Translations under genes and position numbers: made by a program
Part shown: piece by piece, positions 19,765 through 28,727 of the stretch
How the letters are laid out: each line of letters starts with the position of its first letter
Position numbering within the stretch: position 1 is the first letter of the stretch
Notes under the pieces: generated by a model
Database searches by the model: none
What the model saw: the letters and a program-made list of their open reading frames with translations, nothing else
What the model was told of the DNA's origin: nothing
Source: a virus
Lineage: Duplodnaviria > Heunggongvirae > Uroviricota > Caudoviricetes
Virus record (IMG/VR): IMGVR_UViG_2609459839_000001
Direction: 5' to 3' (one strand)
DNA: 39,079 nt

Positions 19765-21863
19765 AACCATCCTCCAGAAGTCAGCCAGGGGTTAACATCG
19801 TCAGTTACTGTTTTCTTCCGTTTTTGTTTTTTAACAGGCGTGGATACCGGTTCCGGTGAGGATGACGGTTCGGTACTGTCCTGGACACACTCCAGCCAGG
19901 TTTCCCGGCTCGCCCACTCCGGTGCATCCGGCCAGCGGATCTTTTCGTATCCATGCAGAATGACCAGAGCCTCGGCATACACCATCAGGTCAAAAGCTTC
20001 GTTGGCACCGCGACCCGGCTTACTCCATTTCCCGTCACTGCTCCGCTCTTCATACGTCAGTTCGTCGTAAAACCAGCTCCCCAGCCAGTCAGGGAAATGC
20101 ACATAGCCTGGACCTGGCGAGTCACGCCATAACGCGTTATTCACCCGGTCTTTCAGGGCATCCGTCTGAAGAAGCCAGAGCGGCACATCACCTGCGGCCT
20201 GCGCCCGGCGGCCCGTTCGTCCGGTGTTATCAGGGAATGTACGGCTGATCAGTTTTGCGCGCCGGATGCTGTCCCCCTTAAACAGGTAAATACGTTTACC
20301 AAGGCCATCACGACGGCAACGACGCCAGAATTTATAGGCATTATCAGTGACCCCGTCTTCACCGCCGGAGTCCACCGCCATTGCCATCAGTCGCATTTGT
20401 TGAGAAGGATCGGAGGCCAGCGGCCAGCTTTTATGAAAAACATCCGTCAGCAGGACATCCCAGTCTTCCGGATAGCTGGCCGGATCAATTCGCTGGCTCT
20501 CCCCGTCGCTGTCACCGCGCAATGACTGCGTGATGTTGTAACGATCAATAATCCAGCGTTCGCCACGGCTGCCATAGCCCGTTACCTGAACCACAAAACG
20601 GCGATGACGTCCCGCCTGCACATCCACTGTCGCCACAAGGAAATTAACGCCATCCGGCACACTGCGGGAAGGAACTGGCTCTGCCCGCTGCTCAAGCAGT
20701 TCACTTTTTCGTTGCTCCATGCTGGCGCGGGGAAGATAAGGTAATCCCCAGTCGGTATTGATAACCGTCTTGAGTGTTTCTTCACTTCCGGTTGTCTCGT
20801 ATTCCTGTTCTGCAGTAAGCAGTTTGTAAACGAGTTGCGAGAGTGTCTGGTAAGCAGCTGCCGGACCCTCCATCCAGAATGACGCAATACGTGAGCGTCG
20901 GGGATCACCATAACGACTGCCATCCGCATTGATGGATTCACCATCCCGCAACCAGACCCCACGTCCGTTCAGCTCACGTTTTTGTTCAGGCATAATCCGT
21001 CCTGAACAGGAAGGACACTGAATATAAGCCGCCTCACTTGCCAGCACGGGATCGGCAATATCACGGAAACCAGCAACCACATCGCCGCAGGGCTGAAAAT
21101 ACTCACCACAGTGTGGACAAGGCCAGTACCAGCGACGGCGATCGCCACGGTTATAGAGCGACAGTATCCCCGTGGTTGGTGGAGCCTCATGCGGTGAAGT
21201 CCGTCGCCATTTCACATCCTTCACATCCCTGCCGGGGGAACTCTCCACAAGCGTCATACCACTGGACATAAATGTTGTGGTACGTTTTGAGGCAAGAGAG
21301 AAAGCATCCCCCTCGCCATCAATATCTTCCGGAAAACGGTCATAATCCGTCAGCGCGACGCATTTATAATCTGATGAGGACATGATATTGACTGACGGCC
21401 AGCCGATTTTCAGGTAGTTACCAGCAAGGAATGTTCTGTCATAAACGTTGTTGTCATTTTTGTTCGGACTCAGGCGACTGACCACTTCCGGGCTGACGCG
21501 AAACGTTCTGGCGAGTCGTTTTTTGGAGTGTTCGCGGGCTTTTTCCTCCGTCATCTGTATGATCAGCATATCAGCAGGATCGCAAATCACGTTGTAAATC
21601 ACCCAGCCGTCAATCAGGCCGATAGTCTTACCGGTTCGTGCCGGGCCAACAAATATCACTGCGTCGTATTCACGCGAGGCCAGGCAGTTCATCGGCTCAA
21701 TAACATACGGTGCCACCAGCGGATCCCACGGGACTGAATTCCCGGCCCCCATGGGCACCCGCATATACTGAGCAACGGCATCAGCAACCCGCATTCGTCT
21801 CGGTGCGCGAAGGATATAACCTGAATCGGTTCGTGCTGCCTTTGCGGTTTCCTGATTCAGCAT
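19761..21863 (-). CDS. A: terminase large subunit
   Basis: 700 aa, Walker A GPARTGKT, C-terminal nuclease region; lambda gpA-like. Confidence 0.95.
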   Translation of the reverse strand: MLNQETAKAARTDSGYILRAPRRMRVADAVAQYMRVPMGAGNSVPWDPLVAPYVIEPMNCLASREYDAVIFVGPARTGKTIGLIDGWVIYNVICDPADMLIIQMTEEKAREHSKKRLARTFRVSPEVVSRLSPNKNDNNVYDRTFLAGNYLKIGWPSVNIMSSSDYKCVALTDYDRFPEDIDGEGDAFSLASKRTTTFMSSGMTLVESSPGRDVKDVKWRRTSPHEAPPTTGILSLYNRGDRRRWYWPCPHCGEYFQPCGDVVAGFRDIADPVLASEAAYIQCPSCSGRIMPEQKRELNGRGVWLRDGESINADGSRYGDPRRSRIASFWMEGPAAAYQTLSQLVYKLLTAEQEYETTGSEETLKTVINTDWGLPYLPRASMEQRKSELLEQRAEPVPSRSVPDGVNFLVATVDVQAGRHRRFVVQVTGYGSRGERWIIDRYNITQSLRGDSDGESQRIDPASYPEDWDVLLTDVFHKSWPLASDPSQQMRLMAMAVDSGGEDGVTDNAYKFWRRCRRDGLGKRIYLFKGDSIRRAKLISRTFPDNTGRTGRRAQAAGDVPLWLLQTDALKDRVNNALWRDSPGPGYVHFPDWLGSWFYDELTYEERSSDGKWSKPGRGANEAFDLMVYAEALVILHGYEKIRWPDAPEWASRETWLECVQDSTEPSSSPEPVSTPVKKQKRKKTVTDDVNPWLTSGGWL

Positions 21864-22357
21864 TACTCCTCCCGCTGTAATTCCTCCTCATCATCCGCAC
21901 CTGCTTCGGTCACCCGCAGGGCTATCTGATCGCGCAGATCATCAATAATGGACTGAACACGGCTCACAGCGGCAGGCTGCAGACCGCAGTCACGTTCAAG
22001 AATATCCGGTAATGTCTCCAGCACCTGCACGACCGCTTTTGCCCAGATGGCAAACTCTCGTCTGACATCACTGGCCGGAATGAGTTGTGCCGTTTCCTGT
22101 TCGAACTTAAGACGCTCACGTTCAGACTGATACCAGGCTTTGCGCTCATGCGCGTCCATTTCGCCTTCTGCAACCGGCGGTGGTAATGCCAGAAATGCCG
22201 ACACAATATCAACCACCCGATAAAGCTTGAGGTTGCTTTCATGCCCCCCTGCAACGGGTAGATTTTGCAGCCTTGCCGCAGCAGTCTGGCGATGTACACC
22301 TGACAGTGCCGCCAGTTGACTGATATTCAGCGTCAGATTTTTTAACTCTCGATCCAT
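21863..22357 (-). CDS. terminase small subunit
   Basis: 164 aa, N-terminal HTH (LNISQLAALSGVHRQTAAARL), acidic C-terminus; directly upstream of large subunit, downstream of cos. Confidence 0.85.
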   Translation of the reverse strand: MDRELKNLTLNISQLAALSGVHRQTAAARLQNLPVAGGHESNLKLYRVVDIVSAFLALPPPVAEGEMDAHERKAWYQSERERLKFEQETAQLIPASDVRREFAIWAKAVVQVLETLPDILERDCGLQPAAVSRVQSIIDDLRDQIALRVTEAGADDEEELQREE

Positions 22358-22518
22358 ACCCGCTCCAGAATGTTTTAAACATGCATCTTGCGAACAACTT
22401 TAGGCAAACGGTGTTAGTGATGAACAAAAAACAATCAAAATCGACACCGCAAAAATAAAATCACTGTAATATCAATACATTACAGTAGTGGTGATGACGA
22501 ATGAAATTTCAAAAACTA

Positions 22519-22560
22519 GCCTTTTTCCGCGACGCTCCCGCCCCGTGGCAGGCCACCCCA
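22519..22560 (-). other. cos site; putative 12-nt cohesive end GGGCGGGAGCGT at 22532-22543 (minus strand)
   Basis: Minus strand reads ACGGGGCGGGAGCGTCGCGGAAAAAGGC, closely resembling lambda cosN ACGGGGCGGCGACCTCGCGGGTTTTCGC; correct position upstream of terminase small subunit. Confidence 0.6.
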
Positions 22561-22810
22561 CCGGAAGGACCCGCCAAAATGAGAGTGATTATCACCATTG
22601 CTGATGAATAAATTGATGAAAATCATTGAAACGCCTTTCAGCAAGATAACGGCGACGGTCGTTGTTGAACTCCGTAACTCTGCTACTAAGGTTAAAAGCA
22701 TGGCCATCTTTTGCCACCGGCAAATCTTCAATGGATTTCCCCTGCCGGTTTTTTATTCCTCACATTATCGCAGCCCCTCAGTGAAGGGCTGCTGTAATGC
22801 CTGCTGTTAC

Positions 22811-23173
22811 TCAGTAACGACCGCGCCTTCCGGTAATTTCATACCGGCAAATACCGGACAGCCCGGGGATCGTTATCCGCAGCTGGTTAGCCAGGGAGTT
22901 AATCTCAGCGACCAACACTGGCTTCGTATAGCGCCATGCCGCCAGCCCTTGTCCACAGAAGCTCGCCATATCTTTTTTCTGATCAAACTCATGACACTTC
23001 ATATTGAGCTGCGCACTTAAGCTGTTGCGATGCTGAAGTTCTCCGGTGAAGTAGTCATCCAGGACTTTATAGGCTGCATATTTAAATCCGGGGTTTAGCC
23101 ATGCTGCATAATCATAAGCAACAAACTTCCCGCCATATGTTCCACCGTGTACACCGCGCTCAGTAAAAACCAC
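22811..23173 (-). CDS. KilA-N-like domain protein, probably N-terminally truncated remnant
   Basis: HGGTYGGKFVAYDYAAWLNPGF resembles the C-terminal half of a KilA-N/APSES domain; ORF starts with GTG immediately after Rz with no room for the N-terminal half. Confidence 0.35.
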   Translation of the reverse strand: MVFTERGVHGGTYGGKFVAYDYAAWLNPGFKYAAYKVLDDYFTGELQHRNSLSAQLNMKCHEFDQKKDMASFCGQGLAAWRYTKPVLVAEINSLANQLRITIPGLSGICRYEITGRRGRY

Positions 23174-23194
23174 AGATTCGTGTTTTTTCTCCAG

Positions 23195-23662
23195 CTACTT
23201 AATGCGCTGGGTGCGGATATATTCCTGCGCCCCTTCCAGTTGCTTCTGCATCGTCATCAACCGTTCTCTGAGGGTGAAATAATCCCGTTCAGCGGTGTCT
23301 GCCAGTCGGGGGCTGGTTGCATTATCCATGCTGGTGGGTCCGGTGGCTTCACGCACGGCTGCGGAGCAACTGGCATTGACCCGCAGGCGCTTACGACCAG
23401 CGGCAACATCAGCGCGCAGAGTTTCATTTTCAGTTTTCGCATCGGCTAACTCCTTCGTGTATTTTGCATCGATCGCAGCAACATCACGCTGACGCTGCTG
23501 CATGTCAGCGATGGTGGCGGTCGCCTGCTTCAGCTCACTGACTTTTTTATCACGCTGTTCTTTGTAGGCGATGGCGTTATCACGGTAATGATTCAGCCCC
23601 AGACTAAGCACAACACAGGCCACCAGCAGCATAGCAATCACTACATACAGAACACGGTTCAT
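23195..23662 (-). CDS. Rz: i-spanin Rz
   Basis: N-terminal TM helix MNRVLYVVIAMLLVACVVLS, coiled-coil body; ATG 23662 preceded by GGTGGTG. Confidence 0.85.
   Translation of the reverse strand: MNRVLYVVIAMLLVACVVLSLGLNHYRDNAIAYKEQRDKKVSELKQATATIADMQQRQRDVAAIDAKYTKELADAKTENETLRADVAAGRKRLRVNASCSAAVREATGPTSMDNATSPRLADTAERDYFTLRERLMTMQKQLEGAQEYIRTQRIK
23257..23442 (-). CDS. Rz1: o-spanin Rz1 (embedded in Rz in +1 frame)
   Basis: 61 aa, lipobox VVSAC, proline-rich (PPDPPAWIMQPAPDWQTPLNGIISPSE), as lambda Rz1. Confidence 0.8.
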   Translation of the reverse strand: MRKLKMKLCALMLPLVVSACGSMPVAPQPCVKPPDPPAWIMQPAPDWQTPLNGIISPSENG

Positions 23663-23746
23663 ATCACCACCAACGGATTGCCCAGACCAGAACAGCGACC
23701 GCCACAAGGCGAATTGCAAAGGCCGTTGCCCGAATAAAATCAGCAC

Positions 23747-23896
23747 TCATCTGTTTAAATAAATTGTTGTGTATGCAACCAGTGCAGTACAAATAATCCA
23801 TGCAACTGGCGTCAGTATATGTCTGATGCCCCGGCATACCGCGATGATTTTTGCGGCATCGTCAGCACCCTGCGAAGTTGTTTCTGCTTTTATCAT
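23747..23896 (-). CDS. small ORF (49 aa) with C-terminal hydrophobic helix, between endolysin and Rz
   Basis: MIKAETTSQGADDAAKIIAVCRGIRHILTPVAWIICTALVAYTTIYLNR; stop is 1 nt before Rz GTG; weak SD. Confidence 0.3.
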   Translation of the reverse strand: MIKAETTSQGADDAAKIIAVCRGIRHILTPVAWIICTALVAYTTIYLNR

Positions 23897-24060
23897 CAGT
23901 TGCCATGTCCCTCATGACACCCATCACCACTCACGATTTCAGAGCAACAATCAATTTTGCCAGCCCATACAGCATCGGAGACACGGCGATGCCAACCGCC
24001 ACCCACTTAATGGCAAAAGCCACCGCCCGGATAAGGCAGAGATTCGCCGTATTTTCTGTC

Positions 24061-24165
24061 TTATCTACAAACATATGCTATCGCTGCAACCGCAAAACCA
24101 ATTGCCCCGATCATTGCCGATAATGCAAGAATAATTCCGGCAATATTTGCTGCTTTAGGTGTCAT
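24061..24165 (-). CDS. small hydrophobic ORF (34 aa), putative single-pass membrane peptide
   Basis: MTPKAANIAGIILALSAMIGAIGFAVAAIAYVCR; SD-like AGGGTG 6 nt before ATG. Confidence 0.35.
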   Translation of the reverse strand: MTPKAANIAGIILALSAMIGAIGFAVAAIAYVCR

Positions 24166-24245
24166 ACTGCACCCTATACTCAGAAAGGTTTTATTGTTAT
24201 CCTTTACCTGCATGAATTATATCCATGTCTGATTTGTCAAAATGC

Positions 24246-24285
24246 AACCCCGGACTGTTCCCCCAGCCGGGGTTTTACTTTTATT
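24246..24285 (+). terminator. hairpin with U-tract on plus strand, antisense to lysis genes
   Basis: AACCCCGG-13 nt loop-CCGGGGTT followed by TTTTACTTTTATT. Confidence 0.35.
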
Positions 24286-24364
24286 CACTTACCTTTTGCC
24301 AGTTTGCAGGATTTCGTGTTATCCGCTCGCGGGAGCACACGCCATTTTTCAGCAAAATATTCTG

Positions 24365-24898
24365 CTAGCTGTCGATACCCCAGCACACCAGTGCCGCTTC
24401 CTGGTCACGGCGAATAACCTGTCCATAGCAGTTATTTGAACGTATGCGGCAATCGCGCCCACCATCTTTTATCCACCAGCGAATCGCCTCGCATGCACCC
24501 TTACGATCACCGGCATTCAGCCGCTTATAAAACGTCGACGGGAAACACTTACCGGGGCCAATGTTATAGGGACAAAATGACGCTATACCCGCTTTCTGTG
24601 GTTCGGTCAGTGGTACTTTAATATTGCGCTCCACCCATGCCAGCGCCTTATCACGTTCAATAGCGTTAACCTGGTCGCATTCTTCCTTCGACAGCTTCAT
24701 TCCCGGTATGACGGGCTTACCATCCACCATTGTGGCACCACGACAGATGGTCCATATACCGGAACCATCGCGGTATGCCGTTGTGTGGTTACCTTCTTTT
24801 TCATTCAGAAACTGGTCGAGAATATCAGGCGCAGGCGCACCGACGGCAATCAGTGCCAGAACGGCAGCCGACAGGCCGTATCTGATTTTTACGTTCAT
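24365..24898 (-). CDS. SAR endolysin (GH24 T4-type lysozyme)
   Basis: 177 aa; N-terminal hydrophobic SAR/signal segment LSAAVLALIAVGAPA; catalytic E-x8-D-x5-T (EGNHTTAYRDGSGIWT). Confidence 0.9.
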   Translation of the reverse strand: MNVKIRYGLSAAVLALIAVGAPAPDILDQFLNEKEGNHTTAYRDGSGIWTICRGATMVDGKPVIPGMKLSKEECDQVNAIERDKALAWVERNIKVPLTEPQKAGIASFCPYNIGPGKCFPSTFYKRLNAGDRKGACEAIRWWIKDGGRDCRIRSNNCYGQVIRRDQEAALVCWGIDS

Positions 24899-25003
24899 GG
24901 ATATTTATCAGGATTTATCGGTTTCTGAACCCTGGATATGTTTATCTGTCCCGGCCTGTTGAATCAGGCAAGGAATAGTTAAATACAATAGAGAGGATTG
25001 TTT

Positions 25004-25276
25004 ATGGACAATAGCACCATTTCTCTACAGGAGTTGCTCGACTGCATTTCCAAGCTTCGGGATGATGTAAATGCCCTTACTGTCGCATTTTCATATCTGG
25101 CATTCTCAATTCCCAAGGAACAAATGCAACCAACACTGGCATCGCTCCAGCTTGAATCACTCAACCCCAAATGGTCCCAGCAACAACAAAATTCTTTCAA
25201 GTGGCTGGCGGTATTACTGGAAGAAAAATATGCTGGTGAAATTACCATTTCGGCGGAGTCTTCAGAGAACCAGTAA
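25004..25276 (+). CDS. hypothetical protein encoded antisense within the lysis cassette
   Basis: 90 aa, ATG 25004 preceded by strong SD GAGAGGA; 3' end overlaps convergent gene 25242-25586. Confidence 0.45.
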   Translation: MDNSTISLQELLDCISKLRDDVNALTVAFSYLAFSIPKEQMQPTLASLQLESLNPKWSQQQQNSFKWLAVLLEEKYAGEITISAESSENQ

Positions 25277-25586
25277 TTCTTCCCGGTAGCTTTCCTTTGT
25301 AGGTTATCCACACATTCTGCGCCTCTAAAATTATGGGGCGCTTTTCCGGCGACAGCTCATCCCCTTCACATAACCCGGCAGCAACATCCAGGAAGACCTG
25401 TCTGATGCTCCTTCTGGCTGCTGCCTCATAAAACTCCAGCGCGGCACCTTCAACACGGTCCAGCGAGATGTCCAGGTCAAAAATTTCACCGTCAAAGCGT
25501 TTTTTGTCCCGTAACGCTAAAGTTACCGTAACTTTATTCTCAAAATTGCGGATCCCTTTCACAATCAGTTCATAGTTTTGAATCAT
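25242..25586 (-). CDS. lysis-cassette protein of unknown function (YdfR-like; DUF number not verified)
   Basis: 114 aa between holin and endolysin, same position as ydfR in Qin. Confidence 0.55.
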   Translation of the reverse strand: MIQNYELIVKGIRNFENKVTVTLALRDKKRFDGEIFDLDISLDRVEGAALEFYEAAARRSIRQVFLDVAAGLCEGDELSPEKRPIILEAQNVWITYKGKLPGRITGSLKTPPKW

Positions 25587-25590
25587 TGAA

Positions 25591-25806
25591 TTACTCTCCC
25601 CGTGCAGCCTTACGCTTGTCTTCTCTGATTTTGAAGTACAGATTTGTCAGATAAGTCAGGAAGCCCAGAATCAGACTCCCCAGTACACCAATCGCAGCCC
25701 ACTGTGACGGACTGACCTGATCAAGCCACTGTAAAAACCAGTAGCCAGCACTGCCTGCGGAGGTGCCATAGGCAATGCCCGTTGAAATTTTGTCCATGGA
25801 TTTCAT
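25591..25806 (-). CDS. class II holin / pinholin, phage 21 S-type
   Basis: 71 aa [45 protein letters not shown]... near-identical to my recollection of S21; SD GGAGGTGA. Confidence 0.9.
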   Translation of the reverse strand: MKSMDKISTGIAYGTSAGSAGYWFLQWLDQVSPSQWAAIGVLGSLILGFLTYLTNLYFKIREDKRKAARGE

Positions 25807-25865
25807 AGCCTCACCTCCGCAAATAACGGATGGCGTAGTTTTACACTGAGAAATGAAAGGGATTT

Positions 25866-25891
25866 GAAAAGAAAAGCCCGCAAAAGCGGGC
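25866..25891 (-). terminator. rho-independent terminator upstream of holin (tR'-like)
   Basis: GCCCGC aaaa GCGGGC followed on minus strand by TTTTCTTTTC. Confidence 0.55.
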
Positions 25892-26098
25892 GAAACGATA
25901 TATACAGTAAGGAAAGCACTCTATCCAACAAACCACCCACAGTTAATCGGAATAAAAGCAGAGTGCTTATGAATGATCGCCTGCCCGAAGGTTAGTATTT
26001 CTGCACAGCAATTTTGCAAAAAAAGGCGATCATTCATAACTTAAACGTCTTTCAGTCACTCCGGGATTTCCCATCATCGCAGACTGAAAGACTCTGAC

Positions 26099-26173
<75 letters not shown>

Positions 26174-26176
26174 ATA

Positions 26177-26252
<76 letters not shown>

Positions 26253-26254
26253 AC

Positions 26255-26331
26255 TGGACCGCCACCGGGGACTCGAACCTCGCACACTCAACTTAAAGGG
26301 TTGACGCTCTTTCCTGATGAGCCAGTGGCGG
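26255..26331 (-). tRNA. aberrant tRNA-like gene, anticodon UUU (Lys) if functional; possible pseudo-tRNA
   Basis: CCGCCAC acceptor with CCA end and TTCGAGT T-loop, but C at position 33, atypical D-loop, and an A-C mismatch in T-stem. Confidence 0.45.
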
Positions 26332-26332
26332 T

Positions 26333-26408
26333 TGGTGGCCCTTGCTGGATTTGAACCAGCGACCTGGCGATTATGAGTCGCTCGCTCTCACCACTGAGCT
26401 AAAGGGCC
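26333..26408 (-). tRNA. tRNA with anticodon CAU (Met or Ile2/lysidine type, ileX/ileZ-like)
   Basis: GGCCCTT acceptor, anticodon loop CTCATAA, TTCAAAT T-loop, CCA end; resembles E. coli ileX. Confidence 0.75.
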
Positions 26409-26528
26409 GGGCGCAGGATAATAACGTTACGAAATCAATGTTGCAAGCATTCAAGAATTACCTGGTTAAAAATTACCCTTACTTCCTCCACCAGCGCATT
26501 CACCATGTCTATCCGAGATAAGTGGCAC

Positions 26529-26554
26529 AAAAAAACCCGCTTGTGGGCGGGTTT
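26529..26554 (-). terminator. hairpin terminator (bidirectional) ~65 nt downstream of Q-like gene
   Basis: AAACCCGC ttgtgg GCGGGTTT with T-runs on both sides. Confidence 0.5.
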
Positions 26555-26618
26555 TGTTTGCTTTTGCCATCACGTACAAAATCGGCAAAATATCAGATTT
26601 GCATGAAATATATGCCTT

Positions 26619-27308
26619 TCAATCTGCTTTTGCAACACTTTGCTTTGAAAATGCCGCCTTTTGTTTTGAACGTGTTCTCATTACAAACAATAAAGCCTCA
26701 CTATCCAGTCGGTGAAAAATGTGTTTCATTGCAACCCAGTGACGAGTAAATGTTTTGGACCAGTTTTTAGTTGTCACTCCCGCCAGTAATGCCAGCTCCT
26801 GGTATTCATAACCTTCCCCACCAAAAAGTTCTGCTTTTACTTCCTGCGCCGCCAGCCAGATTAATTTTTTCAGGCGTTCCTGCGTTTTCCCTGCAATTTT
26901 TCTGGTACCGGATTGAGTATTAAATTCATTCCACGCCCACTGTGTTATCGCGATCTGATATTCCCAACAAATACTCCCGCTGTAACACCACAACAACCAG
27001 GCTTTATGATGTTCTTCAAGAGACAGAACCGCCCGCCGCCACGATGATGTCGAAAACTCAACCGGACTGACCAGAGGAATTGACATCCCCTTCGCCAGCG
27101 ATTGCTTTCCCGGGATTGGTGGATTATCCCGCGTTATCATTTTTCCAGTCACTTCATCGCGGTACCGGATTTTTTTACGCCTGTAACGCCCTGTATCAAA
27201 CATGGCATTCTCCTGCCAGGCCTCAAGCTGCCCTTTTGTTGATCCACTCAAATCGGCGGTGGCAATCATGAGTTGCTCACGAACAAACTGTAAATACTGG
27301 TTATTCAT
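26619..27308 (-). CDS. putative late-gene antiterminator (Q-like, by position)
   Basis: 229 aa, canonical Q position (after RusA, before tRNAs/lysis genes), ATG overlaps RusA stop; no zinc-finger motif seen so family assignment is tentative. Confidence 0.5.
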   Translation of the reverse strand: MNNQYLQFVREQLMIATADLSGSTKGQLEAWQENAMFDTGRYRRKKIRYRDEVTGKMITRDNPPIPGKQSLAKGMSIPLVSPVEFSTSSWRRAVLSLEEHHKAWLLWCYSGSICWEYQIAITQWAWNEFNTQSGTRKIAGKTQERLKKLIWLAAQEVKAELFGGEGYEYQELALLAGVTTKNWSKTFTRHWVAMKHIFHRLDSEALLFVMRTRSKQKAAFSKQSVAKAD

Positions 27309-27664
27309 GCATACTCCAGTTCTGTGATTTTTATCCCCAACCGCCCACCAGGAACAAGCTGACCGCGCACAATATTAATTTCATCAAACTGCTCGTCGTC
27401 TATGAGCAGCCCCGCATGCGTCAGTACATCCAGTGGTGCCTTCAGGATATTGTCCAGGTCACGACGGCGCTTATCCGGTGGCTCTGCAATAATTTCTATT
27501 GCCGGCCTTCCGGACAGGTTTAATTTCAGTTGCTGCTGGCGAACAATAAGCGCCACATCACGGCGATAACGCTCACCGACTTTTGATACAAAATATGTGC
27601 TGCCACGGCGTCGCCAGTAAGTGTTCACCGTCGGCGGGTAAGGTAAAACCAAATCTATGAGCAT
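27305..27664 (-). CDS. rusA: Holliday junction resolvase RusA
   Basis: 119 aa with RRRDLDN catalytic motif. Confidence 0.9.
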   Translation of the reverse strand: MLIDLVLPYPPTVNTYWRRRGSTYFVSKVGERYRRDVALIVRQQQLKLNLSGRPAIEIIAEPPDKRRRDLDNILKAPLDVLTHAGLLIDDEQFDEINIVRGQLVPGGRLGIKITELEYA

Positions 27665-27676
27665 CAGTCACCTCTT

Positions 27677-28726
27677 TTACCCAAGCACGCCAGTTGCAAA
27701 GGCGTGATCAAGAAAACGAAAAATTAAATCAACCTGAGAACCATGCTTTTCTTCGAACGCCAGCGGATCCGCATGAAGCTCGTTGTGATGCTCCCGACAC
27801 AGCGGTAGCGTGAAAATATCGTGAGATTTTGTCCCCATTCCGCCCTGACCATGACCAATCAGGTGATGGGGATCGTCGGCTGGCTTACCACAACACGCAC
27901 ACGGCTGTGTCTTCACCCAGCGAGTGTATTTCTCGTTAACCCAGCGGCGACGTTTAGGTCGTTTCATGAAAGATTCCGGAGACTCAGGATCAACGGCAAT
28001 GCTGACCACCGTCTTTTCCTGTGGTGGGTTCTGTTGCTGGTGGGCGTGAGGCAGCGGCGCAAGATTTTTTGTGCGCTGTTTCAGTATGCTGGTGGCGGTC
28101 TGCTCTCCCGGTACGATGTCGCTTTCACGGTACATGGAGCGGATTTTTTCCACACGCAACCCCAGCGAACGACGTAATACCGCTTCCGGTAGCGCGTCCG
28201 CCACCTGATTGCGGACCGCCCACCAGGATAATTCAGCCAGAGATAATTCACGCTCCTGCGTACCGCTTATTGCGTGACCGATGACGTCAATCATCCATGC
28301 TGACAGGTTTTGATGAGCAAGTTGCTCGAGTGATTCGGATGTCTGGTCACGCAGCTGGTTGTCGCAGTGCCAGCACAACACCATTGCGCCGGTACCATAA
28401 CGGTGAATGACGGTTTCGCTGTGATGATAATCGCCGTGTGGCCACTGGCAGGATTTAATATGGCGCAACAGCCAGTCAGACAATGCACCAGCACCACCAG
28501 CAGCACGAATCACCCGCTCATCGCTGAAAAATGGCAGTAATGATTTATCCTCCGCCAGCGGCTGGCGAACGGCAGGAACGACCCCGGACGGCAGACCGCG
28601 CATGCTTTTTGGCTCCGGTTCAACCAGCACTCTGCCGTTATGGAATACCTGCATGGATTCACGACCTGGCTTAACGATAACCACCCCAAGTTCCGGCACC
28701 AGAACAGGTCGAAGTAATACCCGCAC
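27677..28726 (-). CDS. DUF968-family phage protein (YdfU-like), Cys/His-rich C-terminus
   Basis: 349 aa, C-terminal CACCGKP...HHLIGHGQGG...CREHHNELH; GTG start with SD GGAGGT. Confidence 0.7.
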   Translation of the reverse strand: MRVLLRPVLVPELGVVIVKPGRESMQVFHNGRVLVEPEPKSMRGLPSGVVPAVRQPLAEDKSLLPFFSDERVIRAAGGAGALSDWLLRHIKSCQWPHGDYHHSETVIHRYGTGAMVLCWHCDNQLRDQTSESLEQLAHQNLSAWMIDVIGHAISGTQERELSLAELSWWAVRNQVADALPEAVLRRSLGLRVEKIRSMYRESDIVPGEQTATSILKQRTKNLAPLPHAHQQQNPPQEKTVVSIAVDPESPESFMKRPKRRRWVNEKYTRWVKTQPCACCGKPADDPHHLIGHGQGGMGTKSHDIFTLPLCREHHNELHADPLAFEEKHGSQVDLIFRFLDHAFATGVLG

Positions 28727-28727
28727 G

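Noticed and set aside
22516-22731. Minus-strand 71-aa ORF and plus-strand 140-aa ORF over the cos region
   Set aside because: They overlap the cos site and lack SD sequences; the region is expected to be noncoding.
23769-24134. Plus-strand 121-aa and 90-aa ORFs between endolysin and Rz
   Set aside because: GTG/TTG starts, His/Arg/Cys-rich composition, no SD; the short minus-strand ORFs with SD are more plausible.
24979-25311. Minus-strand 110-aa ORF between endolysin and YdfR-like gene
   Set aside because: Cys/Ser-rich and lacks an SD; the overlapping plus-strand ORF 25004-25276 has a strong SD and looks more protein-like. Not fully excluded.
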